Positions 34,481-45,423 of a stretch of 45,423 nt of DNA are shown piece after piece. Below the pieces are notes generated by a model, which was not told the origin of the DNA, ran no database searches, and was given only the letters and a program-made list of their open reading frames with translations. Within the stretch, counting starts at the first letter, position 1. Each line of letters starts with the position of its first letter. The DNA comes from Octopus bimaculoides (taxonomy: Eukaryota), in contig NC_068988.1 in assembly GCF_001194135.2 (NCBI RefSeq), positions 73,172,805 to 73,218,227 on the forward strand. Direction: 5' to 3'. The translations under genes were made by a program, and so were the position numbers.

Positions 34481-34999
34481 GTTTCAATGACCTATCCTTC
34501 AAGTTTTGCAAATTCATGCCAGACTTGTTTGGTCACAAACTGTAAATATTAACTGATATAGAATTCAATACATTGGGTAAAGTAGATAGATATGTTTGTT
34601 ATATCAGAATATGGTATCCTACTCTAAGTTTCTCTCTTTACTGACCATCCACAAGTGAAATTAGCATCTAATGTGCAAGGACTGCATCATGCTCCAATAT
34701 GTATGTATGTGTGTGTGTGTGTGTGTGTATGTGTGTGTGTGTGTGTTTTATAAAGATAAAATTAAATAGAGAGATACAATTGACAATCCAATAATTTTTT
34801 AATATTATAATATAATATACTATGAATGTAATATAACATAAGATAACTTAAACAATTGTTAAAACATCACAACGCCAACAATTTGTTTTCACTTATGTAC
34901 AGTTTTTTATATATAAATAATTCCCTCCTATATAAGCCTTATCAGAGCCAGAGTTCAAAGATAGATGAATTATTTTCCTTAATTTGTTAATTTATATCA

Positions 35000-35190
35000 T
35001 CATCATCATCATCATCATCGTTTAATGTCCGCTTTTCATGCTAGCATGGGTTGGACGATTTGACTGAGGACTGGCGAACCGGATGGCTGCACCAAGCTCC
35101 AATCTGATTTGGCAGAGTTTCTACAGCTGGATGCCCTTCCTAATGCCAACCACTCCAAGAGTGTAGTGGGTGCTTTTACGTGCCACCAGC
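35000..35190 (-). mobile_element. RTE-tail SINE with (CAT)n tail
   Basis: catcatcatcgtttaatgtccgc...ctacagctggatgcccttcctaatgccaaccac. Confidence 0.85.
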
Positions 35191-35270
35191 CATATACATA
35201 TTGTCAACGTATCATATATCTGAAAAAGAAGTACATTCTAAAGCATAGAGCAGTAATGTATTTGTATGCA

Positions 35271-35438
35271 GTTAAGTCTATATCTGGCCATAGAGTGACC
35301 AATAGTTTTGCATCCATAAAAGGCCTAGCCCCATGGAAGGCTTGTCTTTGGCTTTAGAGTCTGTCGAGCTGTGCATGGGGCTAGGTTCTCTAGGGATGTG
35401 AAACCATTGATCACTCTATGACCAGACATAGACTTAAC
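35271..35438. repeat. 168-bp palindromic MITE-like hairpin (~72-bp stem)
   Basis: gttaagtctatatctggccatagagtgacc...ctagccccatg pairs with catggggctagg...tcactctatgaccagacatagacttaac. About 9 mismatches and 5 G-U pairs by hand. Confidence 0.85.
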
Positions 35439-35441
35439 CTC

Positions 35442-35480
<39 letters not shown>

Positions 35481-35909
35481 NNNNNNNNNNNNNNNNNNNN
35501 NNNNNNNNNNNNNNNNNNNNNNNNNNNNNNNNNNNNNNNNNNNNNNNNNNNNNNNNNNNNNNNNNNNNNNNNNNNNNNNNNNNNNNNNNNNNNNNNNNNN
35601 NNNNNNNNNNNNNNNNNNNNNNNNNNNNNNNNNNNNNNNNNNNNNNNNNNNNNNNNNNNNNNNNNNNNNNNNNNNNNNNNNNNNNNNNNNNNNNNNNNNN
35701 NNNNNNNNNNNNNNNNNNNNNNNNNNNNNNNNNNNNNNNNNNNNNNNNNNNNNNNNNNNNNNNNNNNNNNNNNNNNNNNNNNNNNNNNNNNNNNNNNNNN
35801 NNNNNNNNNNNNNNNNNNNNNNNNNNNNNNNNNNNNNNNNNNNNNNNATATATACATATATATATACATATATACATATGATGTATATGTATATGTGTGT
35901 GTGTGTGTA

Positions 35910-36500
35910 TGTCAAATGTCAGTGGTGAATCCTTAGAAGAAGTAGACAATTTCTGTTACTTAGGTGACCAAATTAGTAGTGGGGGAGGTTGTTCTGAAAG
36001 CATAGTTGCTAGAATAAGAATAGACTGGTCGAAAGTCAGAGAGCTACTACCTCTGTTAGTAATGAAGGGTCTCTCCTTCAGAGTGTCAGGCAGGTTGTAT
36101 GAGGTCTGTGTACAAACAGCTATGTTACATGGCTGTGAGACATGGGCTGTGACAACTGAGGATATGTAATGGTCTGAAACAAATGAAGCCAGTATGCTCT
36201 GCTGGATGGGTAATGTCAGTGTATATATATATATGACAGTGTAAGTCATTTGAGAGAAAAAACTGGGTATATGAGGCATCAGATGTAGCATGTAAGAGAA
36301 AAGATCATGCTAGCATGGCCATGTAATGTGCATGAATGAAGACAGTTGCATCAAGAGGTGTTGACTCTAATTGTAGAAGGAACATGTGGAAATGGTAGAA
36401 CCAGAAAGACATGGGACAAAGTGGTGAGAAAGGAGCTACAAATGTTGGGATTCACAGAGTGGATGACAGGGGACTGAGACTCTTGACGGTTTGCTGTGCT
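35910..36500 (+). mobile_element. RTE (BovB-like) LINE 3' ORF fragment
   Basis: ESLEEVDNFCYLGDQISSGGGCSESIVARIRIDWSKVRELLPLL...LYEVCVQTAMLHGCETWAV: the classic RTE F.YLG / LHGSETW motifs. Confidence 0.9.
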
Positions 36501-36539
36501 CCAAAAGACACATCAAGCTAAGTAAAAGCATGGTTATCC

Positions 36540-36827
36540 TTGCATACAGGCTGTCCCCTGCATCCCTTTCTAGCTGAGCATTCCTAACCTTGCAATTCTG
36601 GGTACTGGTGCCACATAAAAAGCACCCATACCAGTGCCATGTAAATCCATCTGTGCCAGTGGTGCATAAAAGCATCCAGTAGACTCTGTAAAGTGGTTTG
36701 TGTTAGGAAGAGCATCAAGCCATAGAGAGCATGCCAAAATAGACATGGAGCCTGAGCAGCTCTTCAGCTGACCAGCATAGAAAGTGAACATTAAATGATG
36801 ATGGTGATATACATACATAAACACACA

Positions 36828-36864
<37 letters not shown>

Positions 36865-37085
36865 CTATGTTTGTGTGCATGTATGTATGCATATATGTAT
36901 GTGCATGTATATATATATATATACAGGCATTGGCATATCTGTGTGGTAAGAAGCTTGCTTCATAACCACATACTTTCGGGTTTAGTCTCACTGCGTGGCA
37001 CCTTGGGTAAGTGTCCTCTAGTATAGCCTCAAGCTGACCAAAGCCTTGTGACTGGATTTGGTAGACATAAACTGAAAGAAGCCCA
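36540..37085. mobile_element. RTE-tail SINE (-, ~36540-36800) and tRNA-head SINE (+, ~36921-37085) around microsatellites
   Basis: Matches the families at 35000 and 3968 respectively. Confidence 0.75.
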
Positions 37086-37087
37086 TA

Positions 37088-37132
<45 letters not shown>

Positions 37133-37279
37133 NNNNNNNNNNCCCATGTTTCACTGCCATGTAGCGTATATATATATATATGTGTGTGTGTGTGTAGTCA
37201 CAATGAGGATATTTAAACTTCTTAAAGGGATATTTTTATCCAAGATTCACTGGTTTAATATATTGTATTTTGAAGAGAG

Positions 37280-37453
37280 GACTGGCGAACCAGATGGCTA
37301 CACCAAGCTCCAATCTGATTTGGCAGAGTTTCTACAGCTGGATACCCTTCCTAACGCCAACTCTTAGAGTGGTTGGCATTAGGAATGGCATCCAGCTGTA
37401 GAAACTCTGCCAAATCAGATTGGAGCCCAGTGTAGCCATCTGGTTCACCAGTC
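37280..37453. repeat. Foldback hairpin: 82-bp arms (37280-37361 / 37372-37453), 10-nt loop, derived from RTE-tail SINE
   Basis: Arms differ at 7 of 82 positions by hand comparison. Confidence 0.92.
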
Positions 37454-38505
37454 TTCAGTCAAATCGTCCAATCCATGCTAGCATGGAAAGCGGACGTTAA
37501 ACGATGATGATGATGATGATTTCTTCAATGAATATAACAGATCATAATGTAATCCTTGTATTGTCCTTTGTGCATCCTGATGATTTTCCATCCAAGGTAT
37601 TTCAAAATGCAAAATTATATATTTATATATGTTTTGTAGTTTGAATTTTGGTTGAGAAATGAAACAATTGTAGGTGAATATGTTAATTAATAAATTAATT
37701 TGTATCCATTAGATCTCTCTGTTTTCAAAGTCGATGATATATATATATATATATATATANNNNNNNNNNNNNNNNNNNNNNNNNNNNNNNNNNNNNNNNN
37801 NNNNNNNNNNNNNNNNNNNNNNNNNNNNNNNNNNNNNNNNNNNNNNNNNNNNNNNNNNNNNNNNNNNNNNNNNNNNNNNNNNNNNNNNNNNNNNNNNNNN
37901 NNNNNNNNNNNNNNNNNNNNNNNNNNNNNNNNNNNNNNNNNNNNNNNNNNNNNNNNNNNNNNNNNNNNNNNNNNNNNNNNNNNNNNNNNNNNNNNNNNNN
38001 NNNNNNNNNNNNNNNNNNNNNNNNNNNNNNNNNNNNNNNNNNNNNNNNNNNNNNNNNNNNNNNNNNNNNNNNNNNNNNNNNNNNNNNNNNNNNNNNNNNN
38101 NNNNNNNNNNNNNNNNNNNNNNNNNNNNNNNNNNNNNNNNNNNNNNNNNNNNNNNNNNNNNNNNNNNNNNNNNNNNNNNNNNNNNNNNNNNNNNNNNNNN
38201 NNNNNNNNNNNNNNNNNNNNNNNNNNNNNNNNNNNNNNNNNNNNNNNNNNNNNNNNNNNNNNNNNNNNNNNNNNNNNNNNNNNNNNNNNNNNNNNNNNNN
38301 NNNNNNNNNNNNNNNNNNNNNNNNNNNNNNNNNNNNNNNNNNNNNNNNNNNNNNNNNNNNNNNNNNNNNNNNNNNNNNNNNNNNNNNNNNNNNNNNNNNN
38401 NNNNNNNNNNNNNNNNNNNNNNNNNNNNNNNNNNNNNNNNNNNNNNNNNNNNNNNNNNNNNNNNNNNNNNNNNNNNNNNNNNNNNNNNNNNNNNNNNNNN
38501 NNNNN

Positions 38506-38540
<35 letters not shown>

Positions 38541-38779
38541 CAAGTGGACAAACTTAAGAAACAGGAACTCAACATGTTTAGTAGGTGTTACATATACTAC
38601 TATTTAAAACAGTTTTATTCAGTTCTATGTGACTCAAGGTTTTGCAGGCTTCCAATAGAAACCTGGCTCTTTCAAGCTTAGATTACAAAACAGGAAGTCC
38701 AAGATGGACTGAGATTTAGTGGTGTGAGGAGGAAAGAGAGGAGAAATATGCATACATAGATGTGTGTGTGTACGTGTTG

Positions 38780-40560
38780 GTCAGAAATTAAGCAATCGCC
38801 TAATGTACATATCCTCACAGACAAAACAAGGAGCATTTATGAAACAAATAACCTCAAATATGTAAGACTCCTCACAAACACGATCACTAGGACATACAAG
38901 AAAAGTAGCACCTCCACATACAATGACATAAATACAGATGTGAAGGTGCTAGCCACTCTCTTTAATATAGAAGATTGTGTGAGCTGTCTCACCATATGAC
39001 CCCCACTCCCACATCATATGATCCCCACTAGGATCATAAACCTAGTTTCTTTTGTGATCCCAAATGCAGGCTGATTGACCCATCTAAAAGTGAGATAGGC
39101 ATTGTCAATAAGTGCATTCTTGATGCCATCAACTCTATTAGAAGGGTTACAGGGTTGATTCAATGGGATTCCAGTGCAACTGTGATCAACTGGTTCAATG
39201 ATATCAAGTCTCCAAATTTACAAAGTTTGACCTTGTAGACTTCTACCTTTCTATATCAAAACTTCTTCTCCTGAAAGGCCCAGAATATTGCTAAGCAGTT
39301 CACTAATATAAGCAATCTTGATGTCAGAATCATCATGAATGCCAGAAAATCAGTCCTAGTTCACGATGGTTCCTTCTGGGTGAAGAAAAAATCCACAGTT
39401 CGATGTTTCTTTGGGGAGCTATGATGAGACTGAGATTGACAATCTTGTTAGGTTATCTGTCTTTGATACCTTCAAGAACTACATGCACCCATATAGGTTG
39501 GCCCTTTACAGGGACAATGGCCTGGCAATCTCAAGCCATATGAACAGCAATGTCATGGATGAGTTTAGGGAGGACCTGATAAAAATATTCAAAGAATTCA
39601 GCCTGTTCATAACAGTTTCCACCAACTTGACCACGGTTGACATCTAGGAGATATGACCCTAGATCTGAAAACAGGCAAGTACCACCCTTACAGGAAACCT
39701 AACGAAGAGACTGTACATCCACAAAAGCTCACATCAGCTCCTTGTTGCTATTAGAAACCTTGTCTCAGATGTTAGTGGCAGAATTTTCAAGTGTTCAGAT
39801 GATAGGGAGATCTTCAACAGGGCCACCCCACCACTACAACGATACATTGATGAAGATTGGGTTTACTGAGAAGTGAACATATATGGAGGACCTCCAGTTC
39901 CCAGTCACACACTTGAAAAAGACAAGAAAGAGAAAGATAATCTGGTTCAATCCTTCATTTAACCTAGAAGTTTCAGCCAGCATAGCTGAGAACTTCCTGT
40001 CACTGATTAAGAAGCATTTCCCTGGGGAAATATAATACTTGTGGTCCCTGGGGACCACAAGTACTATAAGCTGTTCAACCCACATAACATCAAGGTGTGC
40101 TACTCTTGCTTAGATAATGTCATTTCTTACATTGTACACTATAACAGACACAAACATGCACAACTTCCATTTCCAACTTGTAATTACGAAAACCCTACAA
40201 GCTGCCTCTCAAGGGCTGTAGTCTACAGAGCCATCCTTATAACATTTGATGGCATCACAAGGCACTACACAGGCATGATGGGCAATGATTTCAAGGGAGG
40301 GTACACACAGCATATACACTTGCTTAGATGCAGGGATAGAGAAAATTCTACTTCTTTGTCTCATTTCCTCTGGAGACTTTGTGACCTCTGGAATGAAACA
40401 CCCAACTTCCAATAGACCATCATTGACAGGATCTCACCCTACTCATCTTGCATTTGCCAGCTCTGACTTTGTGAAAGATTACACATTCTCCACCAACCTG
40501 CAATATTTATTAATAGGAAATATGAACTATCTTATTGCTGTCATCAGAAGTACACCCTCC
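38780..40560 (+). mobile_element. Penelope-like retroelement relic (RT plus GIY-YIG)
   Basis: ILTDKTRSIYE...LLTNTITRTYKK; GSYDETEIDNLV...ALYRDNGLA (YRDDG); WFNP; CLSRAVVYRA...HYTG...FKGGY..H (GIY-YIG). Confidence 0.85.
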
Positions 40561-40869
40561 TGGTGAACTTCAAACCACTGGCTGCTGACAACTCAGATAT
40601 ACCTCCTTAACACTGGCTGCTTCTCAACACTGGCTACCCCACAACCAAGAGCAGGGTTCCAAACCACCAATGCTTGTGAAAACCATAGACTGACCTTATG
40701 CATTTCCTGCAATCCCCTATATTTGCTTCCATAAATGTAGTGTGTACATGCAAACACACTCATACACATCTATGTACACACACACCTATATATGCACATG
40801 CACATACATACACATCTATTTACATACATACACCTATATATGCACATGCATGCATACACACATTTATGT

Positions 40870-41290
40870 ATGCATACTTCTGTCTTTCCTCCCCCTTCAC
40901 CACCAAACCTCAGTCCAACGCCTATTCTCTCCCACCAGCAATGCTGTTGCAACTGTACTATCATACATCTGTCACATTTGCATACATACATACCAAAAGC
41001 ATGAAGACATATGTATACATATGCACACGAGACAAAAACACACACGCATATATGTTCTCCCAGATCAACATGCACACCACTCCTGCATTTATGCACAGAA
41101 GCATGAATGTACATAATCTCACACACAAACGCATACACATCTATGTGTGTATGTATACTTCTCTCTCCTCACCCACACCACCAAATGTCAATCCAACGCC
41201 TATTCCCTGCCTCCAGGAAAGCTGTTGCAACTACACTAGCATACATATGTCACATCTGCACACATAAATATCAAAAGCATGAATATATAT
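40870..41290 (+). repeat. Diverged ~280-bp tandem unit in low-complexity DNA; a further partial unit resumes after the maT insertion (~42112-42240)
   Basis: ccaacgcctatt...gctgttgcaact...caaaagcatgaa occurs at ~40.9 kb and ~41.2 kb. gcatatatgttct(c/t)ccaga occurs at ~41050 and ~42155. Confidence 0.7.
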
Positions 41291-41293
41291 ATA

Positions 41294-42111
41294 TAGGGTG
41301 TGATGGGTAAATTGTCACCATTTTATGTTTTTGATTTCGCGCATGCACATTGTTTGTTTTTTATTTTGTTGACTACACAGTATAGTAGGGTTAGTTGGGC
41401 ACTGTCTATGAGAAAAACAGCTCCATGACACAATTCACTCTGCCAGAAATTTGGAAACATGCTGGAAGCTCCAATATGAACATTTCAGAGTGTTTGCGTG
41501 GCAATCTGAGGACTGTGCATGTACTGAGAGTGACAAAAAAATCAGACATACAGTCAACATCATGGTGTTTGGGGTAATCACTAGTGATGGCGACATTATG
41601 CCTCAGACTCAACATGGAGGCCTACATCAAGTGCCTGGAGGAGGTAATGCTGCCCTGGGTCAAGAGGAAGACCCTGTATCTAGTAACAGGGCTCTGCATC
41701 ATACCACACAAGCAGGAGAACCCATTCATGGCTATCACAATTTCTTCGACCACATCATCCCAAACATCTGGCCACATAACTCCCAGACTGCAATCCCTTT
41801 GATTATTATGTGTGAGGTGCAGGTGAGCAAGAGGCCAATAAAAGTCCTTGTAACACCAAAGATGAACTGAAAGCAAGGATTATGGCAGCATTGATCAACT
41901 TAAGCAAGGAGACTGTCCAGAAGAGTCGCAGGAGATTCGAAAGTCATCTGGAGGCCATGGTTGAAGCCAATGATGATTTTATTGAATAAATTTACTCTTT
42001 AGTATTTCAAGATATTTTTCTGTAATTTTGGTAAATATATCTGTTAAAATGAGATGTCAGTGTTATTTTCATTTTCGTGTTATTTAGACAACAGTTATTT
42101 ACCGCACACTG
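41294..42111 (+). mobile_element. Internally deleted maT/DD37D transposon with both ends
   Basis: TA|TAGGGTGTG...GTAAATTGTC and GACAACAGTTATTTACCGCACACTG|TA. Transposase remnants VNIMVFGVITSDGD, FFDHIIPNIWPHNSPDCNPLDYYV, HLEAMVEANDDFIE. Confidence 0.88.
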
Positions 42112-42296
42112 TATATGTCCACACACACACACGCACACACACACACTATGCATGCATATATGTTCTTCCAGAAAAATATGCACACACTCACGTTGATACT
42201 CAAATGCAAGAATGTACATATACACACACATCTATATAGGCATCCTAAACATGTTCGCGTATGTACGTGTATATATCAGGCATTAATTTCTTATGT

Positions 42297-42299
<3 letters not shown>

Positions 42300-42380
<81 letters not shown>
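42300..42380. repeat. (CA)n microsatellite
   Basis: About 40 uninterrupted CA units. Confidence 0.98.
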
Positions 42381-42385
<5 letters not shown>

Positions 42386-43966
42386 CACTGGCCTTGGTTC
42401 TGTCAATTTTCCAAATCTCCACAAAAGTCCTCCAGACAAAAGACATCACCAGCTTCTTGTTCAGTCCTTTCTATTGCATCTGGTGTGTCTGAAAAGCTGA
42501 TCTCACCTCCAGCAAGACCATGTGACCTGCCTTGACCACTAGCAGCCCATTTTCCAGTGTTTGTTCATTTAGTAATCTAAACCTGAACAAGCTAGGTTTC
42601 TGTTAGAAGTTGCATCAAACCGAATGAAATTGTTATAAATAATAATAATAATAATAATATTTTGATTCATGTCCATAAGAGTATAAGTGGCTGAAATAGG
42701 TAGGGTTCCTCTGAAGGATATCTGGAATAATGTTACTTGACAGGATGTGTAGCTCAGAGATCAAGGATTTTCTCTAGATCAAACTACTATCTTTCTGCAT
42801 TAAGTAGTCACGGCTCCGGACAACAGACACATAGTTAAAATGTTGCAGGAAAGGATCTTCAAGCTGGAAACCTAGGGGTAAACCAACATTGAGATGGTTG
42901 GATAATAGTCTCAGTAGTGATGCTTGGGAATCAAGCAGGTAAATGTAATGGCAGTTACTTCAGATAGCAGCCTAAGGAGGAAGATTCCACTTCCACAACC
43001 ATTCCAGGAATAATTGACAGTGAAAATGGATGGAAGGATGTGTGTGTGTGTGTGTATGTGTGTGTGTATGCATACATGTATATCCATATTCGAATGTATA
43101 TACATGTGTGTGTGTATACACACACACACACATTGAAAGAGGCACACACACACACACACACACAAACATACATACTACACACACCACACACACAAACATA
43201 CATACTGCACACACACATATGCACACATCATATTCATTATCATTTAATGTTTGATTTCCATTGTGGCATGGGTTGGACATACGTGTGTGTATATTCCAGG
43301 GAGAAACAAGTTCAAAAGAAGTTGTGTTTGGCCAATTAGAATAAAGATAATTCTGGAATTGAATAAAATATTCAATCCATGATCATTTGTCTGACAAAGT
43401 AAATTTTCTTTTGCTTATGGCTCTTTGGGGCCAAAGAATCCAAAGAACTCAAAGAACCCAAAGAACCATAGATGAAACAAAATATATTTTATCAGACTAA
43501 TGATTATGGATTGCATATATTATTTCTTATGTGTGTATGTAACAGAATAGAGGGGCTTTTGTTAGCTTATCTCTCCAAAACAATAGCTCCTTTTGCTGTT
43601 GAAAAAAATAAACTCGCAAAGAGGAAGTTTCAACATCTTCCTTCAATTTCATTACACCATTTATGTGGTTGTTTCTGACAAGAAATTTCATGTAAAATAA
43701 CTATATTTTGTAGTCATTATCCATAATCTACTCCCAAAACACTTCAGTAGCTCTATGTAGCATCACTTGCAAACTTATATGTTCTATGATCATTAAAGTG
43801 TAACAACCTCCATAATAACTAGCCTTCAATTTGATTTTCTGTTCCTAGGTTAATTGGAAACATAGATTGCCATGCTAATCATAAACCTTCTTGGTTGTTC
43901 AATTATTTAGTGAAAAAATATCACCAAAGCAACTTAAACCATCCAAAGGATAGGTACGTTTGCTAG

Positions 43967-43967
<1 letters not shown>

Positions 43968-44045
<78 letters not shown>

Positions 44046-44104
44046 CTGTCTGTCTAACTGTCTATCTATCTATCTATCTATCTGTCTATCTGTCTATCTG
44101 TCTG

Positions 44105-44157
<53 letters not shown>
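43968..44157. repeat. Compound (TA)n(TG)n(TCTA)n microsatellite
   Basis: Directly visible. Confidence 0.97.
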
Positions 44158-44610
44158 AATATAAATAATATATAAATATATATGCATACATACAGCCCTT
44201 CCTGTTTGTTTTCACTGTCTTGTTTTTGTTACCAACTTTGACCCTCCGCAAAATCCCAAATTTTATTTAATTTGCTTTGCAGGAGCAACAGTTATTTCGA
44301 AAACGTATCTTGTTGTGAATTGCTCGAAATACAATGTAGAAAAACAGTCAACAACTGATGAAGGGTCGTTTTTTCATGTTACTTGTCTTGTTTCCCATTT
44401 GTTTCTTTCATTGTTCGCAAAATAAGTTCATTTCCATGTTTTCGTTTTTCGTATTTCATGCTGTTTATGTTCTGTGGTGTCTTGTGCCCATATATGCATG
44501 TATATACAAATATATGTATTGACATATATATGTGTATGTATGCATATATATGTATATATTATCTATATTATTATATGACTGAACGCCATGCATCCATTTC
44601 AAAGTAAGTT

Positions 44611-44644
<34 letters not shown>

Positions 44645-44671
44645 CTTTCTCTCTCTCTCTCNNNNNNNNNN

Positions 44672-45340
44672 ATCTCAACAATGGTATTAAAATGACAACC
44701 TTTGAGCTACGTTTTCATCTTGGAGAAGAGATGGAAGTCTGCAGGTGCTAAATCTGGCGAAGATACCATGTTTTTGGTGAGAAACTCATGAGTGAGAAGA
44801 GCTCAGTGACAGGGTGCATTGTCGCCGTGAAGAATCCAATTCCACAGATCTGGTTGCTTTTGCTGAATGTTCTCCCTCATATGCTTCAAACTGTTGCAGT
44901 AGAACTCTCTATTGACTGTCTGTCCCTGAGGCCGAATTCTCGATGCACAATACTGCAGATGTTGAAAAAATTGACGAGTATGCTCTTCATTGAGCTGTGG
45001 CTCTGTCGTGCCTTTTAAAGTGCCTGTGCCACTTGAAACATTATATACAACTCATTACCCTGTTGTCGTAAGCTTCTTGAAGCATGCTCAATGTCTCTGT
45101 AGCAGACTTCCCAAGTTAAACATAAAATTTCATGTTGGCTCTTTGTTCCAACTTCTTGTCCATGACAAAAATTGCAGACTATAGCATACACAAATTTCAC
45201 AACTTGTGAAGTAAACAGTAATGTCACTCTGCACACTGCCTCATGAAGGTCACTGATAGCTCTCACTTTGCATAAAACCATGTGCTGCCATCTGTTGGCA
45301 TACTACAGAACTAGTCCAGGAACTTTTTGATACCACCTCA
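44672..45340 (-). mobile_element. Non-autonomous mariner element; other end lost in gap
   Basis: Minus-strand terminus TA|TGAGGTGGTATCAAAAAGTTCCTGGACTAG. Remnants HEFLTKNMV and LAPADFHLFSKMK. Confidence 0.8.
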
Positions 45341-45413
<73 letters not shown>

Positions 45414-45423
45414 TAGCAGAAAT

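Noticed and set aside
40698-43339. Many His/Thr- or Cys/Val-rich ORFs, which could suggest KLF zinc fingers or metal-binding proteins
   Set aside because: They are translations of (CA)n/(TG)n/(TA)n microsatellites; no CxxxxC...HxxxH finger or TGEKP linker is present anywhere in the window.

Overview
AT-rich, repeat-dense eukaryotic genomic DNA with six N-gaps. The SINE families, (TA)n/(CA)n/(ATT)n microsatellites and transposon content point to a coleoid cephalopod, most likely Octopus (inferred from recognised repeats, not database-checked). One host gene is confidently recognisable: the first conserved coding exon of a KLF6/7 (luna-type) Kruppel-like factor on the + strand (31528/31546-31647, [34 protein letters not shown]|gt). 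Its zinc-finger exons are not in the window, so 31.6-45.4 kb is probably one long intron. About 20.4-33.5 kb retains CpG while both flanks are CpG-depleted, suggesting a large hypomethylated regulatory domain. That domain also holds a candidate promoter at ~21.1 kb for an unidentified minus-strand transcript, and a candidate in-frame upstream KLF exon (27267-27336). The rest is a transposon fossil record: two Ty3/Gypsy deletion derivatives with exact 5-bp TSDs (one nested in an RLE-type LINE), a piggyBac-like MITE, maT/DD37D and mariner relics, Tx1/L1, RTE and Penelope fragments, many SINEs, and a short TIR element carrying SAP and SWIM remnants. Several long inverted repeats could form dsRNA. 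No CRISPR, rRNA or true tRNA genes were seen. I found no firmly supportable novel biological system. The best leads are the SAP-SWIM TIR element, the candidate KLF6/7 5' architecture and methylation domain, and the intronic hairpins.
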